Shown piece after piece: positions 23,624-35,198 of a DNA stretch of 40,466 bases. The stretch is from NCBI GenBank assembly GCA_051294375.1, contig CM119270.1:640727-681192 (forward strand), given 5' to 3'. A model generated the notes under the pieces. That model was not told the origin of the DNA, did not search any database, and was given only the letters and a program-made list of their open reading frames with translations. Numbering within the stretch: position 1 is the first letter of the stretch; the number at the start of each line of letters is the position of its first letter. The position numbers were made by a program, and so were the translations under genes. The DNA comes from Paraspadella gotoi (taxonomy: Eukaryota > Animalia > Chaetognatha).

Positions 23624-23814
23624 CTTAGAATTAAAAAAAAATAAAAAAATATCGGGTAACTAATCCCTGATTCTGTAAGAGGAAAAATAAAAGTGAAAAA
23701 CTCCAATAGAAAATTATTTTTTTGTTGCATCAAAAAAAATTCAGAAGTTTTCTACTTTAATTAAGACGAAGATTTTCGTGAAACAACAATTTAATTCAGA
23801 TTGAATTGGACATG

Positions 23815-23905
23815 TTTAATTTAATTTAATTTAATTTAATTTAATTTAATTTAATTTAATTTAATTAATTTAATTTAATTTAATTTAATTTAATTTAATT
23901 TAATT
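23815..23905. repeat. (TTTAA)n microsatellite between 27-bp direct repeats
   Basis: ttaattcagattgaattggacatgttt occurs on both sides. Confidence 0.85.
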
Positions 23906-23913
23906 CAGATTGA

Positions 23914-23956
23914 ATTGGACATGTTTCCGCTCATTTTCCAGCTTTCATCAGCATTT
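23914..23956 (-). ncRNA. Degenerate minimal hammerhead motif
   Basis: Minus strand aatg-CTGATGA-aa-gct-ggaaaatg-agc-g-GAAAC-AT-GTC-caatt. The core is intact, stems I and II are weak. Confidence 0.5.
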
Positions 23957-24564
23957 GAAAAACCACAAAAAATTTTTTCGCAAACATTAGGTTGGTGAGA
24001 GAGAGTGAGAGAGAGAAAAAGAGAGAGAGAGAAAAAGGAGAGAGTTTCCAACAAAGAATTGAGTAAACGAAAGTAAAGTAAAGAAGTTTACTACTAAGCA
24101 TTAAACATTTTAAAGAAATGAAGGAGAAAATGCAGACGAAAAATTAGTATTTTAATGTATGGAATAAATTGCCTATAAAGATTCATTGATGATAGTTCTA
24201 TTTCCTTTTTCTCCCTTTTTCTTTTTACTTGTTTTTTCTTTTTCCTTTTCCTCCTTTATTCTTTTTCCTCCTTTTTTCTTTTTCTTTTTCCTTCTTTTTT
24301 CTTATTCTTTTTCCTCCTATTTTTTTTCTTTCTCGTTCGCTAAACTTTCCTTTCTTTTCATCCAATATTTCTTTTTTTTCTTTCATCACTTTTTCTCTTT
24401 TTTTCCTTTATCGTCGCTAACGGTTCCCTTGTTTATCCTATTTCCTGTTTTTTTTCCTTTTGTTATCGAAAAAATATTTCCAAACAAAATAATCCGATGA
24501 ATTCCTTTGGATGTCGATAAGGAATAAGAGAAGGGCGACGACGACGACGACGTAGGAAGGGTAG

Positions 24565-24625
24565 ATACCACTGGGGATCGATCCAGGTACCTAATGGTCA
24601 TGAGTTTATGGTATGAGCTACCGGG
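24565..24625 (-). other. Possible tRNA-derived (SINE-head-like) fragment
   Basis: Minus strand ggtagctca...aggtacctggatcgatccccag resembles tRNA A/B boxes. No cloverleaf. Confidence 0.25.
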
Positions 24626-24722
24626 TGATGAGTGAAGATAACATGCTTAAAGGCGGGGTGAACATATTGCAATGCCCAACTACAATGAAAAGAATTTGAA
24701 TGCATGAAATAGACGCACGAAC

Positions 24723-24784
<62 letters not shown>

Positions 24785-25075
24785 GTTTCTGACAAGAGTA
24801 AATGTTTAAATTGCGAATTAGAAAGAGCGAACACAACCTGTAAACTATAAGAATAGCAGAATACCTCAGTTCTTGTTATATGAAATATGAAATCAGTAAT
24901 AATTTCTCAAAGCCTAAAGCCTAAAGCCTCACTTTTGCTTTCAATATTCAATATTCTCTCTCACACACTCAAATTCAGCGTACGCACGAGCAAAGATCCG
25001 TACGTCTTTTTTCGTCCAAGAGTTTTTTTTTCTTTTTTGGCCGCACGTGATTCGGACGGCGGTCGGAAATCCGAG

Positions 25076-25115
<40 letters not shown>

Positions 25116-25150
25116 AGAGGTAGAGAGGAGGGGAAGGGGAGAGGGAGGAA

Positions 25151-25201
<51 letters not shown>

Positions 25202-25838
25202 CAAAAACGTTGAAGAGGATTTTCTCGCTTCAAGATTTTTTCATCGACTTTTCTTTTTTTGATCTAATTTTTTCCATATCTTTTTTCTTTTCTGTTTCTT
25301 TTCTTTTCTTCGCTTTTCTTTCTTTTCTTTTTTTTCTTTTCCTTTTTTTTCTATTCTTTTCTTTTCATATTTTGATCACATTTTCTCTCTTCTTTTTATC
25401 TTTTCTTTTATTTTCCTTTTTTTATCTTTTCTTTTCTTTTTTTCCCTTTCTTTTCTTTTCTTTTTCATTTCTCTTTTTATTTTTTTCCTCCATTTTCCTT
25501 CATTTACTTCTCATCTTTCGTTTCGCTCTATTTTCTTCTTCTATCTTATCAACACAAAATCTTTTTCTTCCTCTTCTCTTTTCTTTCTCCATTTTCCTCC
25601 CTTTCTTTCTCCTATCTTCCTCCCCATCTCCCCTCCTCTCCCTCTATCTTCCTCCCTCTCTCCATCTCTCTCTCGCTCTCTCCCTCTCATGTTTTCTTTT
25701 CATTCTCTCGCGCGAAATCTTCGCTGCTCAGATTTCGCGAGAACAAAACAATCGACGACAGACGATGACTCGCTCTCCCTATCTCGTCTCTCTCATCTCT
25801 CTCTGACACTCTCTCTCTCTCTACTCTCTGGCTCTCTC

Positions 25839-25874
<36 letters not shown>

Positions 25875-26467
25875 CTCTCTTCCATTCCCTCCCATTACCG
25901 AAAACACCCCTCCCTCTCGCTCTTTCTCCCCGAATCCGATATCACATTGCATTGTCACGAGCTCCTCTTTTGGTTGCCAGATTCCAATCTCAGGATCCTG
26001 CCATCTCTGCCATCTTCCTCAAAAATTGCACAACAGACTTTTCCCGCAATAGATTCAACGCCCATGTTTTCCTTTCCATCCCTCACTCTCCTCCCTCCTC
26101 CTCCTCCTTCTCCTCCTCCTCCTCGACCCCCTGCCATCGGTTTGCTCTCTAAATTTCTCCCCCTCTTCTCCCCGCTCTCCCTACGCCCTCTCCCTCTCCA
26201 TCCCCCTCTTTCCTCCCCTCTCTCACTCTCCCGCTCCCCGCTCTTCCTCCCCTCTCCCTCTCCTTCCCCTCTTCCTCCCCCCTCCCCCTCTCTCCCCCTC
26301 GTGAATGTTTCAAAATCCTCAAATTTTTCCCGCCAATTCAAGTTTTCTTTTTTTCCTTTCCGATATTTTTTGCCCTATTTTTTTTCAAAACAATTTGTTT
26401 TTTGTCCTTTTAATATAATTCGTTTAAAAATGTAGATGTTATTTACCTGGCTATCCATGTTCTTTAA

Positions 26468-26596
26468 CCATCCTAAATATCTCTCTATCTATCTATCGGA
26501 TCCAATCTGTCTCATCTCTTCCTTTCGATGACGTCTCTCCCCCCATCTTACCACCGGATCTGCTCTCTCTCTCTCTCTCCTGCTCTCCTCTCTCTA

Positions 26597-26648
<52 letters not shown>

Positions 26649-27845
26649 CCTAAACTGTCACATTCTCAATCAATTTTCTTCTCCTAATTCCGCGGTTTTG
26701 TGACGTCATCGTTCTGTCATAAATACACCCAATTTCTCTCTCTCTCTCATCTCTCTCTCCCTCTCATCTCCTCTTTCCTCTCTCGTCTGCTCTCATCCTC
26801 CTCTCTCTCTCTCTCTCTCTCTTTCCTCTCTCTCTCTTTTATTCTCTCTCTCTCTCCTTGTTTCGCCTCGGATCCTCTTTCTCTTTTTTTTTTCCTTTTT
26901 TTTTCTTTCCTTACCATCGCCTTAATCAAGCGGATCAATCAATCAATCAATCAGTCAGTCAATCCATTCATCCATCCATTCAATCCAGAAACGCATCCAT
27001 GCATCCATTCATCTGTTCATCCTTCTATATAATCAAATTGTTCCATCCGTTTTTCTCGTCTCAATAATTCCTTGTCTTTTTATCCTTTTCTTAAACGAGA
27101 CTCAACAGACTGACTGACCATAACCCACTATCAAAAACAAATACCGGCTAGATGACGCTTCGCATCTTTCCGCTCTTTTTTCTCTTTTATTCCATCGCAG
27201 ATGGAATCACAACCTAAAAGAATCGAATCGGATAAATTTACCAAGGACTCTGTGATTGGATGAATCATCATCGAAAACGGACCAATGGAAGAAGAGAGGC
27301 TTCCTGCCATCGGGGAAACGAGGCCCGTGTCGATGATCCCGATTGTATTTGGATAACTGGACCATTTCCTGATTGAATCCATTCTGGTCTCAAGTTACTG
27401 GACAAAACCGTCTTTGCTTTGTGAAGGACTTATTCTAGGAATAAAAATCCATTTGGTTTCTAATGTTGAAATAATCTCTGTCTACTTACGCATCATGGAA
27501 AATGAATAAAGTCGCCAAATTTTAAAGTTAGTTAATTGTAATAATAAAATTTTTAAATAATAACAGAAAAATCAATATGATATTGTGAATCTCCCTTGCC
27601 TCGTTCAAACACTTCATCATTATTCTGTTCGGCATTGACTCAATAGAGCGACACTGCAGGTATTCACCCAAGGAGAGGTTATCATCCGCAAACTATTTTT
27701 TGATAAGTCGTTTTATATCAACAGGCTTGCAAGAGATGTGGACGTTTCGTTTAACTCAGATCGATTTTTTTCCATCTCTGACCACAAACATTTTGAGTCG
27801 GATTGAGATCCGAAGAGTTGCCCTAGGCCAGTCAGGTTTATTTGT
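26468..27845 (+). other. Error-rich duplicate of about 27871-29275 (probable overfilled-gap artefact), including a partial Tc1 copy at 27489-27845
   Basis: Collinear blocks on either side of the 25-N gap at 27846-27870. Confidence 0.8.
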
Positions 27846-28195
27846 NNNNNNNNNNNNNNNNNNNNNNNNNTCCATCCTAAATATCTCTCTATCTATCTAT
27901 CGATCAATCTGTCTCCATCTCTCCTTCATGACGTCTCTCCCCATCTTACCCCATCTCTCTCTCTCTCTCTCTCCTCTACTCTCTCTTCTCGTCTCTCTCC
28001 TCCCTCTCTCTACCTCCTCTGTCTCTCTCTTCTTCCTCCCTCTTAAACTTCACATCATCTCAATCCATTTTTCTTCTCCTAATTCCCGTTTTGCCGGGGC
28101 ACGGGCCGGTTTTGTGGGTGTTGACGACTGTCATCGTGTCTCCCGCTTCTCCTTGCCGTACTCTCCTTTACTGTCATACAAAAATAACCCAATTT

Positions 28196-28229
<34 letters not shown>

Positions 28230-28936
28230 TCTCTCTCGTCTTCTCTCTCCCTTCTCTCTCTCTCTCTCTCTCTCACTCTTCTCTCTCTCTCTCTCTACTC
28301 TCCTCCTCTCTCTCTCTCTCATCTCTCTCTCTCTCCTTTGTCTTTCCCTCGGGAATCCGCTTTCTTTTTTTCTTTTTTTTTCCTTTTTTTCTTTCCTTAC
28401 CATCGCCTTAATCAACGGATCAATCAATCAATCAATCAGTCAGTCAATCCATTCATCCATCCATCAATCCATAAACGCATCCATGCATCCATTCATCTGT
28501 TCATCCTTCTATCTATCAATTGTTCCATCCGTTTATCCGTCTCATAATTCCTTGTCTTTTTATCCTTTTCTTAACGACTCAAACAGACTGACTGACCATA
28601 ACCCACTATCAAAAACAAATACCGCTAGATGACGCTTCCATCTTTCCCTCTTTTTTCTCTTTTATCCCATCGCAGATGGAATCACAACCAAAAGATCGAA
28701 TCGGATAAAATTTACCAAGGACTCTGTGATTGGATGAATCATCATCGAAACGGACCAATGAGAAGAGAGGCTTCCTGCCATCGGGGAAACGAGCCCGTGT
28801 CGATGATCCGATTGTATTGTACTGGACCATTTTGTATTGAATCCATTCTGTCTCAAATTCTGGACACCGTCTTTGCTTGTGACTTTTCTAGGAATAAAAT
28901 CCATTTTGGTTTCATGTTGAAATCTCTGTCTACTTA

Positions 28937-29973
28937 CCATCTTGGAAAATGAATAAGTCGCCAAATTTTAAAGTTAGTTAATTGTATATAAAAATTTAAA
29001 TATAACAGAAAAAATCAATATGTATTGTGAACTCCCTTGCTCTTCACAACTTCATGTTATCTGTTCGGCATTGACTCATAGAGCGACACTGCAGGATTCC
29101 TAAGAGAGAGGGGATATGTTATCCCAACCTTATTTGTGATAGGTCGCGTTTCATGGCTTGGCAGAGATTGAATTGGACAGTTTCGTTTCTCAGCGACTTT
29201 TATCCAATCTCTGACCACACATTTTTGATCGGATTGAGATCCGAAGAGTTCCCAGGCCGTCAGTGTAGAAGTTTAACCCCATTTTGGCGATGCCACTCTT
29301 TTGTCTCCTTTGGCTCGATGCGGAGGGGGCGTTATCTTCCATTAAAAACTCCACCTCAGACGAATCCTTTATCTTCGGCTTCCTCCATAATTTCTCTGTA
29401 TTTGCGGCCACCATCAACGTCGTCCGAAATGAAGAAATTAACTTGACTTGGCATGGGGAAGAGATCTTGCACCGAAACACATGACCTTTCGGTTGCTGCT
29501 TAACCGTCAGCAATATGCAATTAGGATGCAATGCTTCGCCGACGCCGCTGCACACTTCGAAAGATTCACTCTTAGCCTGTTTAGATATGGAAGTATTCTT
29601 GATACTCGCTTTGTTGCAATTTTCAATTTTATAGATGTACGGTGCATCACTTTATTAAAAAAATGCCAACCGTTGAGGCTAATTTTAAAAAAATACAGTT
29701 TTTTAAAATAAAAAAAATGACGAGGAAAAAAATTATTTTAAAATCTGAAAAATACACCAAAGAACAGCAAATTTTTTCGATCTCTCTTTTCTTTCCTCTG
29801 CCCATGACGTAATTAATCATATCTACACAATAACCGGCATCCATTTTTTTGATTGAAAATCGCCCAAGCTTTTTCGTTGGAAATTAATTTTTCTTTCGAA
29901 TTTATGATTTAGGGAAGGTGTTTAAAAATAATGATCAGAGAAAGTTTGGCGACTTATTCATTTCCAAGATCGG
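28937..29973 (-). mobile_element. Tc1/mariner-superfamily DNA transposon, internally deleted (about 1.04 kb)
   Basis: About 30-bp TIRs cc(g)atcttggaaa(a)tgaataagtcgccaaa at both ends, TA target duplications at 28935-28936 and 29974-29975, internal transposase remnant. Confidence 0.9.
29015..29570 (-). pseudogene. Tc1-type (about DD34E) transposase C-terminal remnant, frameshifted
   Basis: Reconstructed across frameshifts: GEALHPNCILLTVKQQPKVM, FLMEDNAPSHRAKETKEWHRQNGVKLL, PGNSSDLNPIKNVWSEI, SLYESMPNR..EVVKSKG..TY*. The catalytic E reads as K. Confidence 0.85.
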
Positions 29974-29986
29974 TAACTTTAAATCG

Positions 29987-30072
29987 GTGAAGGTGCAGCG
30001 GTGGGATTTCGAACCCAAGGCCTTCCAAACCGACTTTCCGTTGAAATTCTCGGCTGCTTTACCGATTCCTAT
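29987..30072 (-). pseudogene. tRNA-like fragment (3' end resembles tRNA-Leu); pseudo-tRNA or SINE head
   Basis: Minus strand aatcggtaaagc...tgggttcgaaatcccaccgctgca gives a T-arm/B-box. No matching 5' acceptor strand. Confidence 0.4.
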
Positions 30073-30732
30073 CGTTCGAGAAAATCATATTCACGGTTTC
30101 TTTTTATAGGAAGGAAAAAAGGAGAAAATTTGGAAATATATAATTTCTGAAAAGATGGAAAACCTGAAAGGGTATGATGTCAGGACAAGAGCCTTAGGCA
30201 AGTCGAAAAATCTTTCAAACTCAGTTGTTTTTTTTTTTTAATTGCAGTTGAAGTTGCTAAGTTTAATTTTGAGGAAAATTTGATAACTTTTTGTACTATT
30301 ATTTTGCAAAAATATAGACGCAATTCAACAAAACATCATACGTCCAAACGAGCTGATGAGCCGGTCGAGCCCTTCCCGACCCGGATCCGGATTCTTCCCG
30401 TGTGCGTTTGGATGCTGGCGATCCGATCCGATCCGTTTTAACTTTTGAAGGGTAAAAAAAAAAGATTTTTAAAAATAAAGTTCCAAGGAGTGAAAGGGAA
30501 GCGTGAGGCGAACTGAGTGACAAGGGAGATAGGCTTTTCGGACATGTCGCGCTGTAAGGTGGCCTTAGTAGCGCGATGGGGCGGGATGAGAGAGAGAGAG
30601 AGAGAGACGTTAGACGACTGGAATGGACTCAATGGACTTTCCTGCTTTCATAATCGTCTCGTCCGAAATTCTGATTCTTTGGTTCTCGACTTTGCGCGTC
30701 TATCCGTCTCTCTCTCCCTTTTTCATTTCTCT

Positions 30733-30768
<36 letters not shown>

Positions 30769-30929
30769 CTCTCCCTCTCTCGTCTCTCCCTCCCTACTCT
30801 CCTCTCTCTCTCCTCTCTCCCTCCTCTCCCCTTTTCCCCCCGCCCCTACCAAAACTATCGGCCTTTCACGCGAAAACCTTATTCGATGCCAAAATCCACA
30901 CTGACACTTTCATTGTAGGTTCTTCCACT

Positions 30930-31326
30930 CTCCTTTCTCTCTCTCTCTCTCTAACTCTCTCTCTTCAAATCCTTCTTCTCTCTTCTCTTCTCCTCTCTCT
31001 CTCTCTCTCAATAATACTCTTCCTAATCCTCTCTTCTCCTCCTCTCTCCCCTCTCCTCTCTCCTCCTCTCAATAATCCTCTCTCTCTCTCTCGTCTCTCT
31101 CTCTTCTGCCTCCCTCTCTCTCTCTCTCTCTCTCAATAATACCTTTCTATCTCTTCTCTCTCTTCCTCTCTCTCTCTCTCTCTCTCATAACCTTTCTCAT
31201 TCTATCTCTTCTCTTCTCTAAGCTCTCTCTCTCATCTCTCTCTCTCTCTCTTCTCTCTCTCAAATAATACCTTCCCCCTTAAAAACCTCCTCTCTCTCTC
31301 TCTCTCTCGTCTCTCTCTCTCTCAAT

Positions 31327-31375
<49 letters not shown>

Positions 31376-31510
31376 AATAAACCTTTCTATCTCCTCTCTC
31401 TCTTCTCTCCTCTCTCCCTTCTCTTCTCTCTCTCTCTCTCAATAAAACCTTTCCTAATCTTCTCTCTCTCTCTCTCTCTTCTCTCTCCCCTCTCTCTCTC
31501 CTCTCTCTTC
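30930..31510. repeat. Compound repeat: (CT)n blocks punctuated by caataatacct-like motifs
   Basis: About 9 recurrences of caataa(t)acct separated by CT runs of about 40-60 bp. Confidence 0.85.
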
Positions 31511-31797
31511 CAGGAAATTGCCGTGGGTGTCAATACTTTGTCTCGCTAAAAAGCGTCAGGAACAGGAGTTTAGAAGGCAAAAGAAGGGGGTAGATCCAGT
31601 TTTAAAATGGGTGACAAGGAGGTTTGTTGACAAATAGGGTTGAGCGTGGCGTGTAAAGGGTGAAATTGGGGTGTTAAGTCGCGGGTTAACATGAAGATAT
31701 AAATATGAAATATGAGGAATGAAGTAAGCATAAGCAGGTACTCTGGGAGTGAATGAACGAGACTGTGAGAGAGTCTTGATTGAAAGCTTGCAGGGAC

Positions 31798-31921
31798 CTG
31801 CTATGTCATTATCTTGTAAGATTGATAGAAGCCTTAAACCACTAAAGCCTGTCCAAAGTCAGGGGCAAGATAGCTTATTTATTAATTGAATGGATATTTT
31901 TTATATTGGTTGTACCAATTT
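31798..31921. repeat. About 125-bp interspersed repeat (copy of 16704-16829)
   Basis: High sequence similarity, same orientation. Confidence 0.8.
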
Positions 31922-31967
31922 GATACGTAACATGAATGAAAAGGAGCAAAAATATGGGAAAAGAAAC

Positions 31968-32028
<61 letters not shown>

Positions 32029-32232
32029 CAGCGGGGGTGAACGCGTTATGAAGAAAAAGCCCGGGGAGATTTCTGTGATATTTGAATTGTGTTTGNNNNN
32101 NNNNNNNNNNNNNNNNNNNNNNNNNNNNNNNNNNNNNNNNNNNNNNNNNNNNNNNNNNNNNNNNNNNNNNNNNNNNNNNNNNNNNNNNNNNNNNNNNNNN
32201 NNNNNNNNNNNNNNNNNNNNNNNNNNNGGGGG

Positions 32233-32263
<31 letters not shown>

Positions 32264-32478
32264 CATTTTATTGATAGGGAAGTCATGATTTCTTGGAGTC
32301 TTGATAAAAAGCTTGTTGGGTCTTGCTATTTTATTTCCTTGTAAGAGAATTCCGAAATCAGAGACATTATAGTTAATTTGGATAAAATAATAATAATATT
32401 GCAATATATTGGTTGGCTGGATTTCAAAGATTGTCCAATTAATTCGTAGGGAAAACATGAAAATCAATTTACGTTTCC

Positions 32479-32549
32479 GAATGAATGAATGAATGAATGA
32501 ATGAATGAATGAATGAATGAATGAATGAATGAATGAATGAATGAATGAA
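32479..32549. repeat. (GAAT)n microsatellite
   Basis: Perfect tetranucleotide run. Confidence 0.95.
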
Positions 32550-33361
32550 GAAATATTATTTTTCTTCTTTTCTCTTTTCAGATTCGAGATAACGAATTTT
32601 CACGGAGAACAGAAAAAAAACAGAAAAACAGAAAACAGAATCGCTCAATTTCGATTTTCTTTTTTTTCGCTCGGATTCTTTCAAAACCGAAATCTGGAAA
32701 TATTCTCTCTTTCTCTCTCTCTCTCACTCTCCATCTTTCCATCTTTGAGCTTCCTTTCACAGGAGCGGTTCCACTTCAAAAAGTTGGGTCCGTGGCGCAG
32801 ACTGTAACATGTGAAGAGCCTTTTATGTGAGAGTCAGATGTTTGTGATTTCATTGCGTGACATCGTGAATGTACAAGGAGTAAACAATTGATGGACAAAG
32901 CGAAGAAGAGAGTGCGTACTGCGTAGTCTCACAACATCAATGTTGATGGATCAAGCGATGGGTAATTCTGAACAATTATCAAGTTTATCGTGATACAAAT
33001 GCTGAATGACTGAAAAGCCCTTTTTCGTAAGAGATTAGGTAAAAAGTTTAATTATATATTATCAATTATTCTAAGGACGTATCTATTCTAATTTCAAATT
33101 AAAAAGAATCCTTATAAAATAATGTAAATTCAACGAAGTGAGTAAAGTGCCACGCAGCGGTTTTTAAACTGATGGAATCACTCAAGCGAGCCTTCCCGCC
33201 CATTTCGCTGCCACAGAAAATCAGGTCAATTTCCTCATAATTTTTGGGGAATAAATAAGCGGAAAAGATGACGATGACGACGACGACGACGACGACGACG
33301 ACGAGCAACGAACCGCGAAACCAAAATATCGAGCGAATTTTCTATGTTATCGCAATTTCAC

Positions 33362-33912
33362 TACAAATTCATTGCAAATTCATTACAAATTCATTGCAAA
33401 TTCATTGCAAATTCATTGCAAATTCATTGCAAATTCATTGAAAATTTGTCTAAAATTTATTGCAAATGCATTGCAAATTCATTACAAATTCATTGCAAAT
33501 TCATTGCAAATTTCCTGCAAATTCATTGCAAATTTCCTGCAAATTCATTGCAAATTTGTCGCAAATTCATTGAAAATTTATTGCAAATTCATTGCAAATT
33601 CGTCGCAAATTTATTACAAATTCATAACAAATTCATTGCAAATTCATTGCAAATTCATTGCAAATTCATTGAAAATTTGTCTAAATTTTTTTGCAAATGC
33701 ATTGCAAATTCATTACAAATTCATTGCAAATTCATTCCAAATTTCCTGCAAATTCATTGCAAATTTGTCGCAAATTCATTGCAAATTTATTGCAAATTTA
33801 TTGCAAATTCGTCGCAAATTCATTACAAGTTCATAACAAATTCATTGCAAATTAATTGCAAATTCATTGAAAATTCGTTGCAAATTCGTCGCAAATTCAT
33901 TGCTAATTCAAT
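33362..33912. repeat. 11-bp minisatellite (aaattcattgc), about 50 copies
   Basis: Tandem 11-mers with variant units. A variant block starting gaaaatttgtctaaa recurs about 231 bp apart. Confidence 0.95.
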
Positions 33913-34127
33913 GTAAAATCTTTCCAAATTAATTGTGATTTTAAGGCGATGTGAGTGAAAATTCAGAACGACTTATTATACAGTCGCGTGATCAGTCAGG
34001 TAAACACGTGAATGGTCACGCGGTCAGTCACGATGAATCACAATTTTGCAAAAACATGGATGCATCCATCGAAGAGCAGAGTAAAATTTAGGTTTTTATG
34101 AAATCTTTTATATTTTCGTTTGTTAGC

Positions 34128-34164
<37 letters not shown>

Positions 34165-34398
34165 TTTTTTTGTTTTTATTTATCTCCAATGACAATTTTA
34201 AATGACGACGACGACGACAGCTTTCATTCTTTTGTCCCTTTTCCATTTTCTCTCCAAACCAAATCTGAGTTCATTCCTAATTCTCCATTTACTTTTCTGT
34301 CACCCTCTTCCTCCTCCTCTTCCTCTTCCTCCTCCTCCTCCTTCCAACTGACTAAACTTTTCAAAACCTCATCTCTCTCCAAGAGAAGAGATGAGAAG

Positions 34399-34449
34399 AG
34401 TGATTGGTGGACGGAGAGAGAGAGCAGAGAGAGAGAGAAGAGAGAGAAG

Positions 34450-34484
<35 letters not shown>

Positions 34485-35159
34485 CGAGACCTGAAATTTA
34501 CTGTTGAAGATTTTCATCTTTTATTTGTTTTGAGTTTTAAACCCAAATCGCTTGTTGAACCGATGTTTTTAATGCCTGCGGCAATAACAAATTTCAGTTT
34601 AGAGAGAGAGAGAGAGAGCTAGAAAGACAGAGAGAGAGAGACGAAGAGAAGAGAGGAGACGAGAGAGGAGGATGCAGAGAGAGAGAGAGAAGAGAAGAGC
34701 ACGAGATAGACGAGATGGAAGATGAGCAGAGAGAGAAGACGAGAGAGACAGAAGAGAGAGAGATGAGAGAGGAGAGAGAGAAATTAGATAGGACGAAATT
34801 CTTTTCCATAAACATGGGAAATGAGGGCAAAAGGATATTCTCTTGACAATTTGTCAAGATCCCTTCGTTTGCCGGCGAGGCCACCGCCAGCCCCTCTGGC
34901 CTGCGTCTGCACGTAGCCCCCCGCCATGCGCACCCTCTGGCAGCGGAGCCTCCTGACAATGGCGGTCCACCCTGCGCACGGCGCAGCCACTGGCACTATA
35001 CCCTAGCACCGGCTAGCCCCGTCCTCCGAGGGTGCGCAAGTCCGTCAAAAAGTGCCAGATTCATGCGATTTTCATGAATACATAGAAACAAGGGCCTTAC
35101 TCGTCGGGCCGGAAGATAGAGAGAGTGAGAAGAGACGAGAGAGAAGAGAGAGAGTAGAG

Positions 35160-35198
<39 letters not shown>

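Noticed and set aside
29987-30072. Functional tRNA gene
   Set aside because: No 5' strand complementary to the acceptor stem, and the T-loop and anticodon arm are irregular.
30353-30395. ctgatgag plus hairpin as a hammerhead
   Set aside because: No GAAA follows the stem, so the catalytic core is incomplete.
30930-31510. Regularly spaced caataatacct motifs resembling a repeat-spacer array
   Set aside because: The intervening sequences are CT microsatellite, not unique spacers.
33344-33916. 190-aa and 154-aa Cys/His-containing repetitive ORFs
   Set aside because: The 11-bp unit is not a multiple of 3 and the same peptide appears in several frames, so this is a satellite artefact.
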